The notes under the pieces were generated by a model. That model had not been told where the DNA came from. It was given only the letters and a program-made list of their open reading frames with translations, and did no database searches. Shown piece by piece: positions 1 through 9,504 of a stretch of DNA of 64,000 nucleotides (positions are counted from its first letter, which is position 1; the number at the start of each line of letters is the position of its first letter). The position numbers were made by a program, and so were the translations under genes. Source of the stretch: Chloroflexota bacterium (GTDB taxonomy: Bacteria; Chloroflexota; Dehalococcoidia; Lucifugimonadales; GCA-2722455); assembly GCA_002722455.1 (NCBI GenBank), contig PBMB01000019.1, forward strand, positions 16,306 to 80,305. The letters are read 5' to 3'.

Positions 1-1051
1 GTAGGAATACATTTTTGATATCTTCAAGAATAAACGGGACCTTTACGTGTTTTTGAAGAATCTTTTTGTATTTCACTTCACTAACCGTCATATCCAGATT
101 TATATTTTCATAACGAGCAAGCACTTTCTTTTCTTTCCAATTAAGACGTTCTTTGTGCTCTTTAATAAAGTTAATATCAAGCTTGATGTCATGATTAATT
201 ACAAATGCTGCTTCTTTCCAAGTAGATACTTTTGTTTCTGTGCTTGGCTTTTTAGCTTTTTTCGTTGCAATTTCATATGATACGTCTTCTTCACCTGCTG
301 ATTTACTAGCAATCAGATAAACTTTCTTTGTTGTTTCTAAGTCATGAACTTGCTTCATTTGGTCATATTTGATTAGAGCTTGCATACGATCAAATACGGG
401 ACAGCAAAGCACTTTCTCAAAACATTCTTCACCGATCTTTTCAAGAGTCGATTGCGCCATTTTACCCTGCTTTTGGTAAGATTTCTGGCTTGACGCCCAG
501 AAATTAAATGATTCTTTTGTTGTGCTTGCCGAAATCATTTGCAGATTATGAGGTTTAATACCAAATTCAAGAGCTTTTTGAAGAACAGGCAAGTAAGCTT
601 CTAGTTGTGAAGGCTTACGCTTAAACAATTGAACGCCATGAGATTCTAAAAGTTCATTGATTTTCGTTGCTTTATCTTCGTCCATACGACTTTGAGCAAG
701 CCAAGTGCTTATACCACGATTAAAAATTGGTTGAAGTTCTTCATCGGAAGGTAGAATAGACACATCGTTTTCTTCCAAATACTTTTCAAGACGAGCAAAT
801 GTTGTCTCCCAAGGCACACCTTGATTGTCAGCACCGATTTTGCCCATTACTTCGTATCTTTCAAACAGCTCTATCAGAACCGCACGATTGTTCATTCGGG
901 TAGGTGAGTTTTTATCTTCACGAACATTTCGCTCAATGAAGCCCAATAGATACTTATCCTCTTTCTCAGTTGGTCTACGACCATGTTTTTGGATAAATTT
1001 TTCAAGTTTCTTTACATTGTTTTTAAATATAGTTTCATTTTTTGTTGACAT
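1..1051 (-). CDS. HA (helicase-associated)-like repeat protein; paralogue of 1178..2020; 3' end runs off the window
   Basis: Not in the ORF track; translated by hand from ATG 1051 (MSTKNETIFKNNVKKLEKFIQKHGRRP...WETTFARLEKYLEENDVSILPS...ISTWLAQSR...YLPVLQKALEFGIKPHNLQM...KVLCCPVFDRMQA...). Open to position 2; aligns with the neighbouring ORF. Confidence 0.8.
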   Translation of the reverse strand, partial: MSTKNETIFKNNVKKLEKFIQKHGRRPTEKEDKYLLGFIERNVREDKNSPTRMNNRAVLIELFERYEVMGKIGADNQGVPWETTFARLEKYLEENDVSILPSDEELQPIFNRGISTWLAQSRMDEDKATKINELLESHGVQLFKRKPSQLEAYLPVLQKALEFGIKPHNLQMISASTTKESFNFWASSQKSYQKQGKMAQSTLEKIGEECFEKVLCCPVFDRMQALIKYDQMKQVHDLETTKKVYLIASKSAGEEDVSYEIATKKAKKPSTETKVSTWKEAAFVINHDIKLDINFIKEHKERLNWKEKKVLARYENINLDMTVSEVKYKKILQKHVKVPFILEDIKNVFL

Positions 1052-1177
1052 ACTTCCCAACCATTGTTTATTTTCAGATAGTGTCCTAATTCTAGCTTAA
1101 CTTTAAAAGGTGTACAAGATTTTTTTTCTAAAATCAAGCTAAAATTAGATCTCCCTCTCATTTTTTATTAAGTTTTT

Positions 1178-2020
1178 TTATGCTTTTCTATTAATGTTTT
1201 TAACTTTAACAGAACGAACCAAGCGTTTATCGAAAGATTCAAAAAGATCATTCGTTACCTGACGAATACGTTCACGAGTTAAACCATATTCGTCACCAAT
1301 ATCAGACATATTCCATTTTAGACTTTCTGTGATTTCTTTCATATAAGGCAATTTACGACCTTTTTCTTTAAAACTTTCTTCTACGACTTTTTTCCATAGC
1401 TCTAACGTTAGTGATTCCAAATCTTTGAAATCAAAAGCACCTTTAATATGTTTTTTCAATATCTTTTTAAACTTCAATTCACTTACTGAAAGTTCTGTAT
1501 TTACATTTTTATACTTTTCAAAGAAAGCACGTTCTTCTTTTGATAGTAGTTCTGACTTTTCACGAATTGAATCAATATCGTTTTTAATGTCATGCACTAC
1601 GACAAACTCAATATCATTCCAATTCGCTGCTTTATCAGCTTTAAATTTCTTTGGTTTCTTTGTTGTTACTTCATAAGTAAGATTTTCTTCACCTGCTTTT
1701 TTAGTCATTACAAGGAATACTTTTCGAGTTGTTTCTAGGTCAATATTGGTTTCCATTGAATCAAACTTAGCAACAGCACGTATTTTATCAAATACAGGGC
1801 AACAGAATACTTTGTTAAATGGTTTCTCACCAATTTCTTCCATTACCATAGGGTTTAGCTTACCGTCTTGACTTTGCTTCTTCTGGTATGACGCCCACCA
1901 GTAAAAATCGTCATTAGCTTCTGTTACTGCAAACATTTGTAGGTTCTTGGGTTTTAGACCTAGTTCAAACGCTTTTGAAATTACAGGTAGGTAAGAGATC
2001 AAACGTTCTTGTGGTGACAT
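1178..2020 (-). CDS. Putative transcription factor with C-terminal sigma70 region 4-like HTH
   Basis: C-terminal MSDIGDEYGLTRERIRQV resembles sigma70 region 4.2 (xEVGxxFxVTRERIRQI); start moved to ATG 2020 behind an AAGGTT RBS; no sigma region 2 seen. Confidence 0.7.
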   Translation of the reverse strand: MSPQERLISYLPVISKAFELGLKPKNLQMFAVTEANDDFYWWASYQKKQSQDGKLNPMVMEEIGEKPFNKVFCCPVFDKIRAVAKFDSMETNIDLETTRKVFLVMTKKAGEENLTYEVTTKKPKKFKADKAANWNDIEFVVVHDIKNDIDSIREKSELLSKEERAFFEKYKNVNTELSVSELKFKKILKKHIKGAFDFKDLESLTLELWKKVVEESFKEKGRKLPYMKEITESLKWNMSDIGDEYGLTRERIRQVTNDLFESFDKRLVRSVKVKNINRKA

Positions 2021-2178
2021 AATATTAACCTTTTTTTGTTTAGGAATTAGACATAATTTATTCTTTTTGATGCATAAAGTCAAGCTTTTTATTTGACTTT
2101 ATTTCTTTTTTTTTCTTGCCTTTTTTCTTTTTCTTTAGTATTATTTACACACTTCTTAACTGAAAGAGAGATTTTATT

Positions 2179-2499
2179 ATGCCACATTTAAACCAAGGCG
2201 CTACCATTATCAATGAAAATGCCAATCACGGTGCAACGATTCAAGAAGTTTTATCAAATCTTGAAATTGAAGCGGTTGAAGTATTGACTTTCATAGTAGA
2301 GACAATTGAAGATAAAGACGTTTCAAAAGCAATCGTTCGTTCTTCTGACAACAATACTGCCCCGTTTGTTGCTTCTGCATTAGGCGACCTTGTTAATATT
2401 GGCTTGGTTCAAATCTTAGACACAAAAGGTAATGAATCTATTGCTACTGTCAAACAAGACGTTTATGACGCTGTTATTAACTTCGAATTTGATTTCTAA
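2179..2499 (+). CDS. Hypothetical protein (possible winged helix)
   Basis: ORF with own promoter (TTGCCT..TATTAT), RBS and terminator. Confidence 0.6.
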   Translation: MPHLNQGATIINENANHGATIQEVLSNLEIEAVEVLTFIVETIEDKDVSKAIVRSSDNNTAPFVASALGDLVNIGLVQILDTKGNESIATVKQDVYDAVINFEFDF

Positions 2500-2648
2500 T
2501 CTTCTTCATTGATTTTAAGGCATAGTTTCGACTATGCCTTTTTCATTTCTGTCTCAACGAGATTTTGCTACTTTTTAATGTTTTTTATATTTTTATTTTA
2601 TGATAAAATATTTATTATTCAAAAAATTTAATTTATAGAGGAAGAACA

Positions 2649-3080
2649 ATGGAATACAGTTTAAATGACATAGTTGTTGTGTCATTCACTATTTTTGGTG
2701 TAATTTATGCCATTTTGTCTGATTATGCTGATTTTAATGAAGCCACTCGATTTAAAATCTTAAAAGCATTATCAACAAACAAAAAAGAGATTTTAAGTCG
2801 CAAAGATTTTCTTAATGATAACCTATCAGAAGAAGATAAAAACGAATCTATTGATATCTACACTCGTTATATTCAAGCGAAACTTGACAGTAAGGCAAAA
2901 GAACGAGGTTATTTTGCTGATACTAAGTCTATCCTTGATCAATTTAAATCTAAAAACCATTTTCATTATGCACAAATCCAAACAGGGGTTTTTAAAGAGA
3001 AACATACTCGACAAGGTTCTAACGGAACTGAAACCAAGTTTTTCTTTGTTCTTAATGATGAAATGTTAAACGCTGCTTAA
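2649..3080 (+). CDS. Hypothetical protein with N-terminal hydrophobic segment
   Basis: ORF with GAGG RBS. Confidence 0.6.
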   Translation: MEYSLNDIVVVSFTIFGVIYAILSDYADFNEATRFKILKALSTNKKEILSRKDFLNDNLSEEDKNESIDIYTRYIQAKLDSKAKERGYFADTKSILDQFKSKNHFHYAQIQTGVFKEKHTRQGSNGTETKFFFVLNDEMLNAA

Positions 3081-3158
3081 ATTATCCCCTACAAAGGATA
3101 ATTTAGCGATTATCCCCTGTAAGGGATAACAACGTCGATATCCCCGCTTGGGGATATT
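3078..3158. repeat. Three tandem palindromes with 28-bp period
   Basis: TATCCCC starts at 3083, 3111, 3139; GGATA at 3096, 3124, 3152. Confidence 0.85.
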
Positions 3159-3221
3159 TTTTTTCTTTACTTCTGAAAACATCGATGAGATCATAATGTC
3201 TCTACAATATGAGGCTTTATT

Positions 3222-3785
3222 ATGGCGAATTTTAACAATCTCCCTACATTAAAAAAACGATTTGAAAGTTACGCAAAAATGGAACTTCCAGAAATGTTCC
3301 ATGTTACTACTGAAAGTAATGCCCGTAGAATACTCGAAGAAGGTCTTTTAACTCAACATATGGGTAAAATACACGGTAGTATGGACACACAGCCGACAGA
3401 ACCCGTAGTTTATCTTTCTAAATATCCTGATTCAAACAACCTTAATTCAGATCTTTTTAATACAAATGAAAAGATTGTGTCTTTACATATAAACCCAAAA
3501 TGTATAGACCTTAGCAAGATTTACCCTGATGATGGTATGTTTGCTGCTATTGGTAATGAAGATTACTTTGAAACTACAGAAGAAATTGCAGAATTGTTAA
3601 ATATACCTATGGAAGAAGCTCAATATATCTATGAAAAAACATATGAAGTGAATTCTGATAATTTAAAAGAATGGAAGTGCTTTGCTCTGTTTTACTTGTT
3701 TACAGAAGGTGAAATCTCTGTTGCTCACGATATCCCGAAAGAACATATTAAGTTCGACCACTATGTCGAGATAAAATATCTCTAG
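3222..3785 (+). CDS. ADP-ribosyltransferase-fold protein (KptA/DarT-like)
   Basis: FHVTTESNARRILEEGL (H-x-T...IL..GL), VYLS strand, terminal GEI...DIPKEHI. Confidence 0.5.
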   Translation: MANFNNLPTLKKRFESYAKMELPEMFHVTTESNARRILEEGLLTQHMGKIHGSMDTQPTEPVVYLSKYPDSNNLNSDLFNTNEKIVSLHINPKCIDLSKIYPDDGMFAAIGNEDYFETTEEIAELLNIPMEEAQYIYEKTYEVNSDNLKEWKCFALFYLFTEGEISVAHDIPKEHIKFDHYVEIKYL

Positions 3786-3886
3786 AATAATTTTTGTGCA
3801 AAAAATAAACGAAACTCCTTGGCATTAAAAATCAGCTTTGTTACAATATCTTTACTTTCTGAAACAACTGACAAAAAGGTGATAAT

Positions 3887-4012
3887 ATGACTTTACAAGA
3901 AATTTTTACCAACCTATCTTTGCCAGAGATTTTGACGTTTGGTGTTGGTGGTGCAATCGTTGCCATGTATGGCATGAGCAAGCTTCATAAAGACGAAAAT
4001 ATCGACGATTAA
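3887..4012 (+). CDS. 41-aa single-TM peptide
   Basis: MTLQEIFTNLSLPEILTFGVGGAIVAMYGMSKLHKDENIDD; own promoter, AAGGTG RBS; below the ORF-track cutoff. Confidence 0.6.
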   Translation: MTLQEIFTNLSLPEILTFGVGGAIVAMYGMSKLHKDENIDD

Positions 4013-4032
4013 AAACAGATTTACTTACAAAG

Positions 4033-4066
4033 AAGGCTTGTTTATCAAGCCTTTTTTTTGTATAAT
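4033..4066 (+). promoter_or_regulatory. Fused terminator/sigma70 promoter
   Basis: Hairpin AAGGCTTG-TTTAT-CAAGCCTT + T-tract; -35 TTGTTT 4038, 17 bp, TATAAT 4061. Confidence 0.8.
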
Positions 4067-4102
4067 TTAACCATCAAAATACTTATATTTAAGGTTATCA
4101 AA

Positions 4103-4819
4103 ATGAAATTGATTCATAATATTAAAGATTCAATCCTTACTTTTTTAAAAGGCAATGACGGCTTTGAAGTTCTTTACAAAAAAGAAGCTAATAATATCGA
4201 TCAAATGAACAAAGATAGTGAAACCTTAATCAAAATGATTCAGACCTTTGAGAACGAAAACAAAGATAATACTGGATATGACGTTTCCCTTGTTCTTGCT
4301 AATCTTGTCAACGAGATGACCAAAAGCGAACAAAATAACAGTTTTAAATTCAACAAGTTATTTTCTCACCTCATTACTAATAAAGTTGCCGCTCAGATTG
4401 AAGACTTAAAGTATCTAATGCTTAAATTAGAAGAAAATAATTTTATTAACACAACAAGTAAAACTGAAATGTATGACCAGTCACAATCAGCAAACCACTT
4501 TTACAGTGTAATCAAAAATGGTGAAGAAAAAGCACTTTATGTTAACTCAACAATTCAGTTTATTGTTTTTATCAAAAAAGAAACAATTTACATTCGCAAA
4601 GTTTCTACCAATGATATTGAAAAAATTATTTCAAATGGCTTTGTTGACTCATTTTTTGATTTATATAATTTTGATTCTGACTTCATTCTTGAATCCGATT
4701 TATTTAATGATTTATCTTTACCCAAATCTCGAATCCAATCAATGTCGTTATTAGAATTGGCTTTGTTTAATATCCATAGTGGAGCTTGCTCTATTGAAAT
4801 CGAATTTAAAGAAGAATAA
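4103..4819 (+). CDS. Hypothetical protein
   Basis: ORF; start placed behind AAGGTT RBS. Confidence 0.65.
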   Translation: MKLIHNIKDSILTFLKGNDGFEVLYKKEANNIDQMNKDSETLIKMIQTFENENKDNTGYDVSLVLANLVNEMTKSEQNNSFKFNKLFSHLITNKVAAQIEDLKYLMLKLEENNFINTTSKTEMYDQSQSANHFYSVIKNGEEKALYVNSTIQFIVFIKKETIYIRKVSTNDIEKIISNGFVDSFFDLYNFDSDFILESDLFNDLSLPKSRIQSMSLLELALFNIHSGACSIEIEFKEE

Positions 4820-4885
4820 TTATGGATCTAGATTGTTCTTGTTTAAAATGTAATGGTCAAGAAATTACGGACGATATTTCACATT

Positions 4886-4920
4886 AAAAGGTTGTTTTTT
4901 GCGACCTTTTTTTGTATAAT
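4886..4920 (+). promoter_or_regulatory. Fused terminator/sigma70 promoter
   Basis: AAAAGGTTG..CGACCTTTT hairpin; -35 4892, 17 bp, TATAAT 4915. Confidence 0.75.
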
Positions 4921-4955
4921 TATCTTATTGAAATGAGAACTTTAAAGGTTATTTT

Positions 4956-5477
4956 ATGCAAGATACTCAGAAACGCCACATTGTAGCAAATCTAGATTCA
5001 GTTGATTTAGGTAATTCCGTTCTTTGTGTTTTAGAATATGACAAAGAAGGTCATTTTCCTACCGACCTTATTGTTGTTGCCGAATATGACGAAATTGACG
5101 ATAAACTAACTTGTGATTTCTCTCGTTTTCCAGATCTTGAAGGTAAAGCAGTTGGTGATGATTCTTTTGACCAATATTTGTCTCTTGTTGACGCTATGGA
5201 AAAAATCTATCTAAACTCAACAAACGACAACGAAAATAAAGTTTCAAAAATTAAGATCCCCGTTTATACTTCTATTGACCATATTAAAAAGAAAAGTGGC
5301 GAAGTTCTTTGTTCAGAAGATTTTGAAAACAAACATATGATTGAGTTTGCAAAAGATAAATGTCATATTGAATATGCAATTGAAGACCACTACCGAAATC
5401 AATCTAACCTAAGTCCATTTGGTGGCATGTTCTTAGACGACTACTTGAAAGACAGAATGAAACGATTAGGTTATTAA
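4956..5477 (+). CDS. Hypothetical protein
   Basis: ORF with RBS and promoter. Confidence 0.65.
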   Translation: MQDTQKRHIVANLDSVDLGNSVLCVLEYDKEGHFPTDLIVVAEYDEIDDKLTCDFSRFPDLEGKAVGDDSFDQYLSLVDAMEKIYLNSTNDNENKVSKIKIPVYTSIDHIKKKSGEVLCSEDFENKHMIEFAKDKCHIEYAIEDHYRNQSNLSPFGGMFLDDYLKDRMKRLGY

Positions 5478-5486
5478 AATTAAAGA

Positions 5487-5524
5487 AAAACGACTTGATT
5501 CATGAGTCGTTTTTTTTGTATTAT
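5487..5524 (+). promoter_or_regulatory. Fused terminator/sigma70 promoter
   Basis: AAAACGACTTG-ATTCA-TGAGTCGTTTT; -35 TTGATT 5495, 18 bp, TATTAT 5519. Confidence 0.7.
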
Positions 5525-5559
5525 ATAACTATTGAAACAAAGCGATAAAGGCTATTGAA

Positions 5560-6144
5560 ATGATTACTTTAAAAGAAAATAAATCTAACGCACCATTGTT
5601 TATCAGCTTCTATAATGTTGTTACCAAAGAAAAGCAAAACAATATTGTTAAATTCGATACTGTTAATGAATTAGCACTTGGTTTGGTTAAAGAAATCCTG
5701 ACTATCGACAAAAAACTGTCTGACGTTGTTGTTGCTGACTTAGATTTTGTTTTACTTGCTAACGGTGATAAAAAAGAAAATCTTTCAACAACCCAAGATT
5801 TTAATCACAAAATGTTACTTGTTCCTTTCTCTGGTTGGAATATCAATCTTTCTGTTGTAAATCGTGGTCGTCGAACTCGACTTTATTTTGCAGACAAAGA
5901 ACTTATGCCTGATTTGGCTGATCCTGATATTGACCTATACCACGTTGTGAAAGTACCTAAGAATATCTCTAAGCATGTTAGTAAAGGTAAAATGATTGTT
6001 TCTTGTTCTGACGAATACGCTAAAATTTACCATGACTCTGCTTACACAATCATTGATACCGTCAATAAAGACGAACTTTATGAAAATATTAACGTAGACT
6101 TTGAAAAATACGACTACTTTATCGCCAAAGAGTTTGTTAAATAA
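5560..6144 (+). CDS. Hypothetical protein
   Basis: ORF with RBS. Confidence 0.65.
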   Translation: MITLKENKSNAPLFISFYNVVTKEKQNNIVKFDTVNELALGLVKEILTIDKKLSDVVVADLDFVLLANGDKKENLSTTQDFNHKMLLVPFSGWNINLSVVNRGRRTRLYFADKELMPDLADPDIDLYHVVKVPKNISKHVSKGKMIVSCSDEYAKIYHDSAYTIIDTVNKDELYENINVDFEKYDYFIAKEFVK

Positions 6145-6216
6145 TTTTAATAAGGCACTTTCATAGTGCCTTATTTTTTGATATAATAAAGAATAGTTAT
6201 AAAAGGAGTGATCATC

Positions 6217-6369
6217 ATGATTATGAATATTTTAGCTAAAATCTTTTTATCAAAAGAAGCCAGAGAACTTGCTGAAATTGCTCGTGAGCAAAATTGTCAG
6301 TTTAAAATGACTCAAAATAGTGGCGGATACTGTATACACAGAATTGATAATGTAGATAAGAAAAAATAA
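6217..6369 (+). CDS. 50-aa hypothetical protein
   Basis: AAGGAG RBS; MIMNILAKIFLSKEARELAEIAREQNCQF...; flanked by promoter and terminator. Confidence 0.6.
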   Translation: MIMNILAKIFLSKEARELAEIAREQNCQFKMTQNSGGYCIHRIDNVDKKK

Positions 6370-6471
6370 ACAGCTTTCTTGGCTGTTTTTTTTATTTTTA
6401 AAACAAAACCTTTCTTTTCTCTAACTATTGTTGTATAATACAATCAGTTTGAAACGTTAAGAGAAATTTAA

Positions 6472-6789
6472 ATGCAGTTTTTTATTAGTCAAAATGGACA
6501 TATCCTTGCTATTGATTTTGAAGTAAATCTATCAAATATTGATGGGCAAGTTTCTATTTATAACAATGAAGAAGAACTGCAGTTAGACTACCCTAACATT
6601 ACAGACAATGACATTTCTAACAATATCCCTGTTCTGACGAAAAAAGTAACTGGTGAAGACGTTGAATATTTTCTCAATTCTTCCAAACTTAACAACGAAC
6701 ACGTTAGCTTAAGTTATGATGAAGATATTGAAGATTGGATTTCCGTGCAAGCTGAAACTTTCTCGACTAACTCAGGTTTACATTTCTAA
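6472..6789 (+). CDS. Hypothetical acidic protein
   Basis: ORF with promoter. Confidence 0.6.
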   Translation: MQFFISQNGHILAIDFEVNLSNIDGQVSIYNNEEELQLDYPNITDNDISNNIPVLTKKVTGEDVEYFLNSSKLNNEHVSLSYDEDIEDWISVQAETFSTNSGLHF

Positions 6790-6803
6790 GAGAGGATTAA
6801 ATT

Positions 6804-7079
6804 ATGGTTAAAATGCACCCTATGTTCAAAACGTCAATCCCTAGTGGTTTAAGCAAATCGCAAAAAGAATTGTTTGATAAATTATCCAATAAAGGCTATC
6901 AACTATTCTGTAACGAGGGCGAAAAATACCGTTGTTGGATTGAAAAAGGCAGTCAAAAAGCTTATGTTGATAATCGCACGGTCAATGCCTTATCAAACAA
7001 AGGCTATTTACTTCCCGATGATTCTTATCAAAATGATAAAATCGCCAAGTTCCGAATGAAACTAAATACTCGACTATAA
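6804..7079 (+). CDS. Hypothetical protein
   Basis: ORF with GAGG RBS. Confidence 0.6.
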   Translation: MVKMHPMFKTSIPSGLSKSQKELFDKLSNKGYQLFCNEGEKYRCWIEKGSQKAYVDNRTVNALSNKGYLLPDDSYQNDKIAKFRMKLNTRL

Positions 7080-7088
7080 GGTTAAATA

Positions 7089-7373
7089 ATGAAATTCCAT
7101 TCTGTTTCTCATTTAATTGAACAGCTTAAAGACCCAAGCCTGTTTGAAAAAATCAGAGAGTTATTTCTTTCTGGTAAAATTGGTGAATCACTTGGTAAAA
7201 GCCCTGCTGAGTTTGACGTTTTTTATATTGACACATTAGATTGTTGTTTGAAAATCAAAAACAAATCGGCTGTAGTTAATTTTGGTCGTGGTAAAGATCC
7301 TTATGGTGAAGAACCCAACCATTTTATCAAAATACCGCATGGATTTATAAATAATGAAACTATAGAACATTAA
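7089..7373 (+). CDS. Hypothetical protein
   Basis: ORF with AAGGT RBS. Confidence 0.6.
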   Translation: MKFHSVSHLIEQLKDPSLFEKIRELFLSGKIGESLGKSPAEFDVFYIDTLDCCLKIKNKSAVVNFGRGKDPYGEEPNHFIKIPHGFINNETIEH

Positions 7374-7395
7374 ATAATTCTTTTATTTTTAAAAC

Positions 7396-7429
7396 AAGCC
7401 TTGCTTTTATAGCAAGGTTTTGGTATTAT
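7396..7429 (+). promoter_or_regulatory. Fused terminator/sigma70 promoter
   Basis: AGCCTTGCT-TTTAT-AGCAAGGTT; -35 7401, 17 bp, TATTAT 7424. Confidence 0.8.
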
Positions 7430-7452
7430 ATGTGCATTAACTAATTGACGTT

Positions 7453-7794
7453 ATGGGGTGTAGAATGGAAAATAAAACATTAAAAATAGTTTTAGAATCT
7501 GTCGCAAAAGACAATAAAAAATACAATGAAATGATGGATTCTATTAGCAGTGAAGTTTATCAAGCGATTAATCGCTATGTTGGCGGCTACAATGACTCAC
7601 TAGGTAGTTTTGAAAAATCTTTTAATATAAATGAAATCGATCTTATTAAGCGTATTCGAAATCACACTGAAATGACGGTTGAAAAACTTGAAATGAAACT
7701 TGATATTGACATTAACAACCCTGAAACTGTTCAGCTTATCAGTGATCTTGCTAGTGGTGAAAAAGACATTGTTGATATTGAGGTAATTGCATAA
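7453..7794 (+). CDS. Hypothetical protein
   Basis: ORF. Confidence 0.6.
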   Translation: MGCRMENKTLKIVLESVAKDNKKYNEMMDSISSEVYQAINRYVGGYNDSLGSFEKSFNINEIDLIKRIRNHTEMTVEKLEMKLDIDINNPETVQLISDLASGEKDIVDIEVIA

Positions 7795-8012
7795 TGTATG
7801 CAGTCTTTCAAGAAGAAAACCGAAAGAAAAAAGACGCTACCAGAAATGGCGTCTTAACTACGGTGCTCCATGATTCTAAAAGAAATGGCACATACCGAAA
7901 TAACAAGATTAAACGAAATTCTTCTTGCCCTTGCGAAAGCGGCAAGAAATACAAAAACTGTTGTTTAAAAAGCGAACGAACAGTTGATATATTCAAAAAA
8001 TTTAATTTTTAA
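7794..8012 (+). CDS. SEC-C motif (Zn-binding) protein
   Basis: KIKRNSSCPCESGKKYKNCC matches the SEC-C consensus. Confidence 0.8.
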   Translation: MYAVFQEENRKKKDATRNGVLTTVLHDSKRNGTYRNNKIKRNSSCPCESGKKYKNCCLKSERTVDIFKKFNF

Positions 8013-8074
8013 TGTAGCATTTTAAACCATATCTTGTTATAATAACCCTATCTTAATTAGCGAGAATATTCACT

Positions 8075-8368
8075 ATGGCTTCTAAAACGATTCTTACAAT
8101 GGATAAAATTTCAGACGTTTGTCTTGGTTACTGGATTCGTAATGATACGCCTTATTACCAAGTCCAAGTCCAAGCTAAAAATGGAAGACGTTTTATTCTT
8201 TTAGGTTCAAGAACAACTAGTGAAGAAAAATGTTCTAATTTAATAGAAAAAATTAAATCAAAAGGGCAAATCGATCTTAGTAATTTTATCGAAGTTCAGC
8301 CTGATCCTGAAAGTGAAGCCTATTCTATTATGAAAGAAAAAGGTATTCTTGAAACATTAGAATCATAA
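8075..8368 (+). CDS. Hypothetical protein
   Basis: ORF with promoter. Confidence 0.6.
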   Translation: MASKTILTMDKISDVCLGYWIRNDTPYYQVQVQAKNGRRFILLGSRTTSEEKCSNLIEKIKSKGQIDLSNFIEVQPDPESEAYSIMKEKGILETLES

Positions 8369-8483
8369 CAGAAACTTTTTTTCGAATAATGAAAAAAAAC
8401 ACTTGCAAGAAGATTTAAAGTTTACTATTATACACACCAACGAAACAACTTATTGAAATATAAACAAAAAAAAAGGAAAATTA

Positions 8484-9092
8484 ATGAAACCAGTATTTAA
8501 AATTCAAGATCTACTAGCTAAACAACTTAAAGCACAAGGTAAAGCACACAACGAAGAAACTGTTGAAAAACTTTTCCGAGAAGCAATTTCTACACGAATG
8601 GCTGAAGACCCTGAATTTTTCGCTGACGTTTTGAATCTTGCTACAGCCAAGCAACTTCAAAAGCAACATACTGAAAAGGTAGCACAGAATAACGAAGAAA
8701 AAGCGGAAACACTTTTTGACCTTGGCAATGTTCTTTCTCAAATTGCACAACAAAAAGTAACAGGAAAGCAACCAAACAGTCAAAAACAAGCAATGACGAA
8801 TGATACACCTGAATCTGATATTCTTACTACTATGGTGTTTATGCCTTTTGTAGAAGAAGAACCAGAGCAACCTAAATCTCTTACACAAGATCAAGAGGCA
8901 CTGATTAAAGCGTCTATCACAGAACTGAAAAAATTTGGACTGCCAGTAGAACAGCTTTATGCAGAGCTAGAAAAAATTGAATCAGAAAAGCAAGCACCAA
9001 AAGACCAACATGCTTTTATGCGAAACTTTGCTGAAAAACTTGCAGAAGATTTAAATATTGATTCGGAAGATATCATTATTATTGCAAAATAA
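8484..9092 (+). CDS. Hypothetical helical protein
   Basis: ORF with strong promoter (TTGCAA..TATTAT) and terminator. Confidence 0.65.
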   Translation: MKPVFKIQDLLAKQLKAQGKAHNEETVEKLFREAISTRMAEDPEFFADVLNLATAKQLQKQHTEKVAQNNEEKAETLFDLGNVLSQIAQQKVTGKQPNSQKQAMTNDTPESDILTTMVFMPFVEEEPEQPKSLTQDQEALIKASITELKKFGLPVEQLYAELEKIESEKQAPKDQHAFMRNFAEKLAEDLNIDSEDIIIIAK

Positions 9093-9206
9093 ATATTTAT
9101 TTACATACAAAAGCCGTATTGAAAAATACGGCTTTTTCTATTGCTTTATTTTATTTCTATTGCTATAATACACCTATCAATAAAAAAGATTAAAAAGGTT
9201 TTAATA

Positions 9207-9464
9207 ATGTTTATATTTAGATTCTCATTTATTTTTATTTTTAAAAACCTTTATCTTTTTGCCAAAAATCTTATTGTTTTTTCTAAACATTTTTCAGTAT
9301 TCCCATTCTCTCTATATCAATTTAGAATTATTAAAGTAAGAAAATTTAAACCTTGGCAAATACAAAAAAGACATCGTATTTTTTTTTGGAAAGATATAGA
9401 GGGTGGTTTCGACTCTTTTCAGGAAGCAAAAAACAAGGTAGAAGAAATTAAAGCAAATAGATAA
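9207..9464 (+). CDS. Hypothetical protein
   Basis: Start behind AAGGTT RBS. Confidence 0.5.
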   Translation: MFIFRFSFIFIFKNLYLFAKNLIVFSKHFSVFPFSLYQFRIIKVRKFKPWQIQKRHRIFFWKDIEGGFDSFQEAKNKVEEIKANR

Positions 9465-9504
9465 GTCTGCAAAGGCTTATCTTTTTTTTGATGAAATATA
9501 TATT

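Noticed and set aside
47-1676. Plus-strand ORFs 47..280, 825..1100, 1425..1676 and similar shadow ORFs throughout the window
   Set aside because: Antisense or alternate-frame overlaps of better-supported genes
3078-3158. Mini-CRISPR array
   Set aside because: A 28-bp period leaves only ~10-nt linkers; no cas genes
7189-7199. Third CACTTGGTAAA copy
   Set aside because: Inside a CDS and lacks the upstream AGGTTG-N7-AGCC
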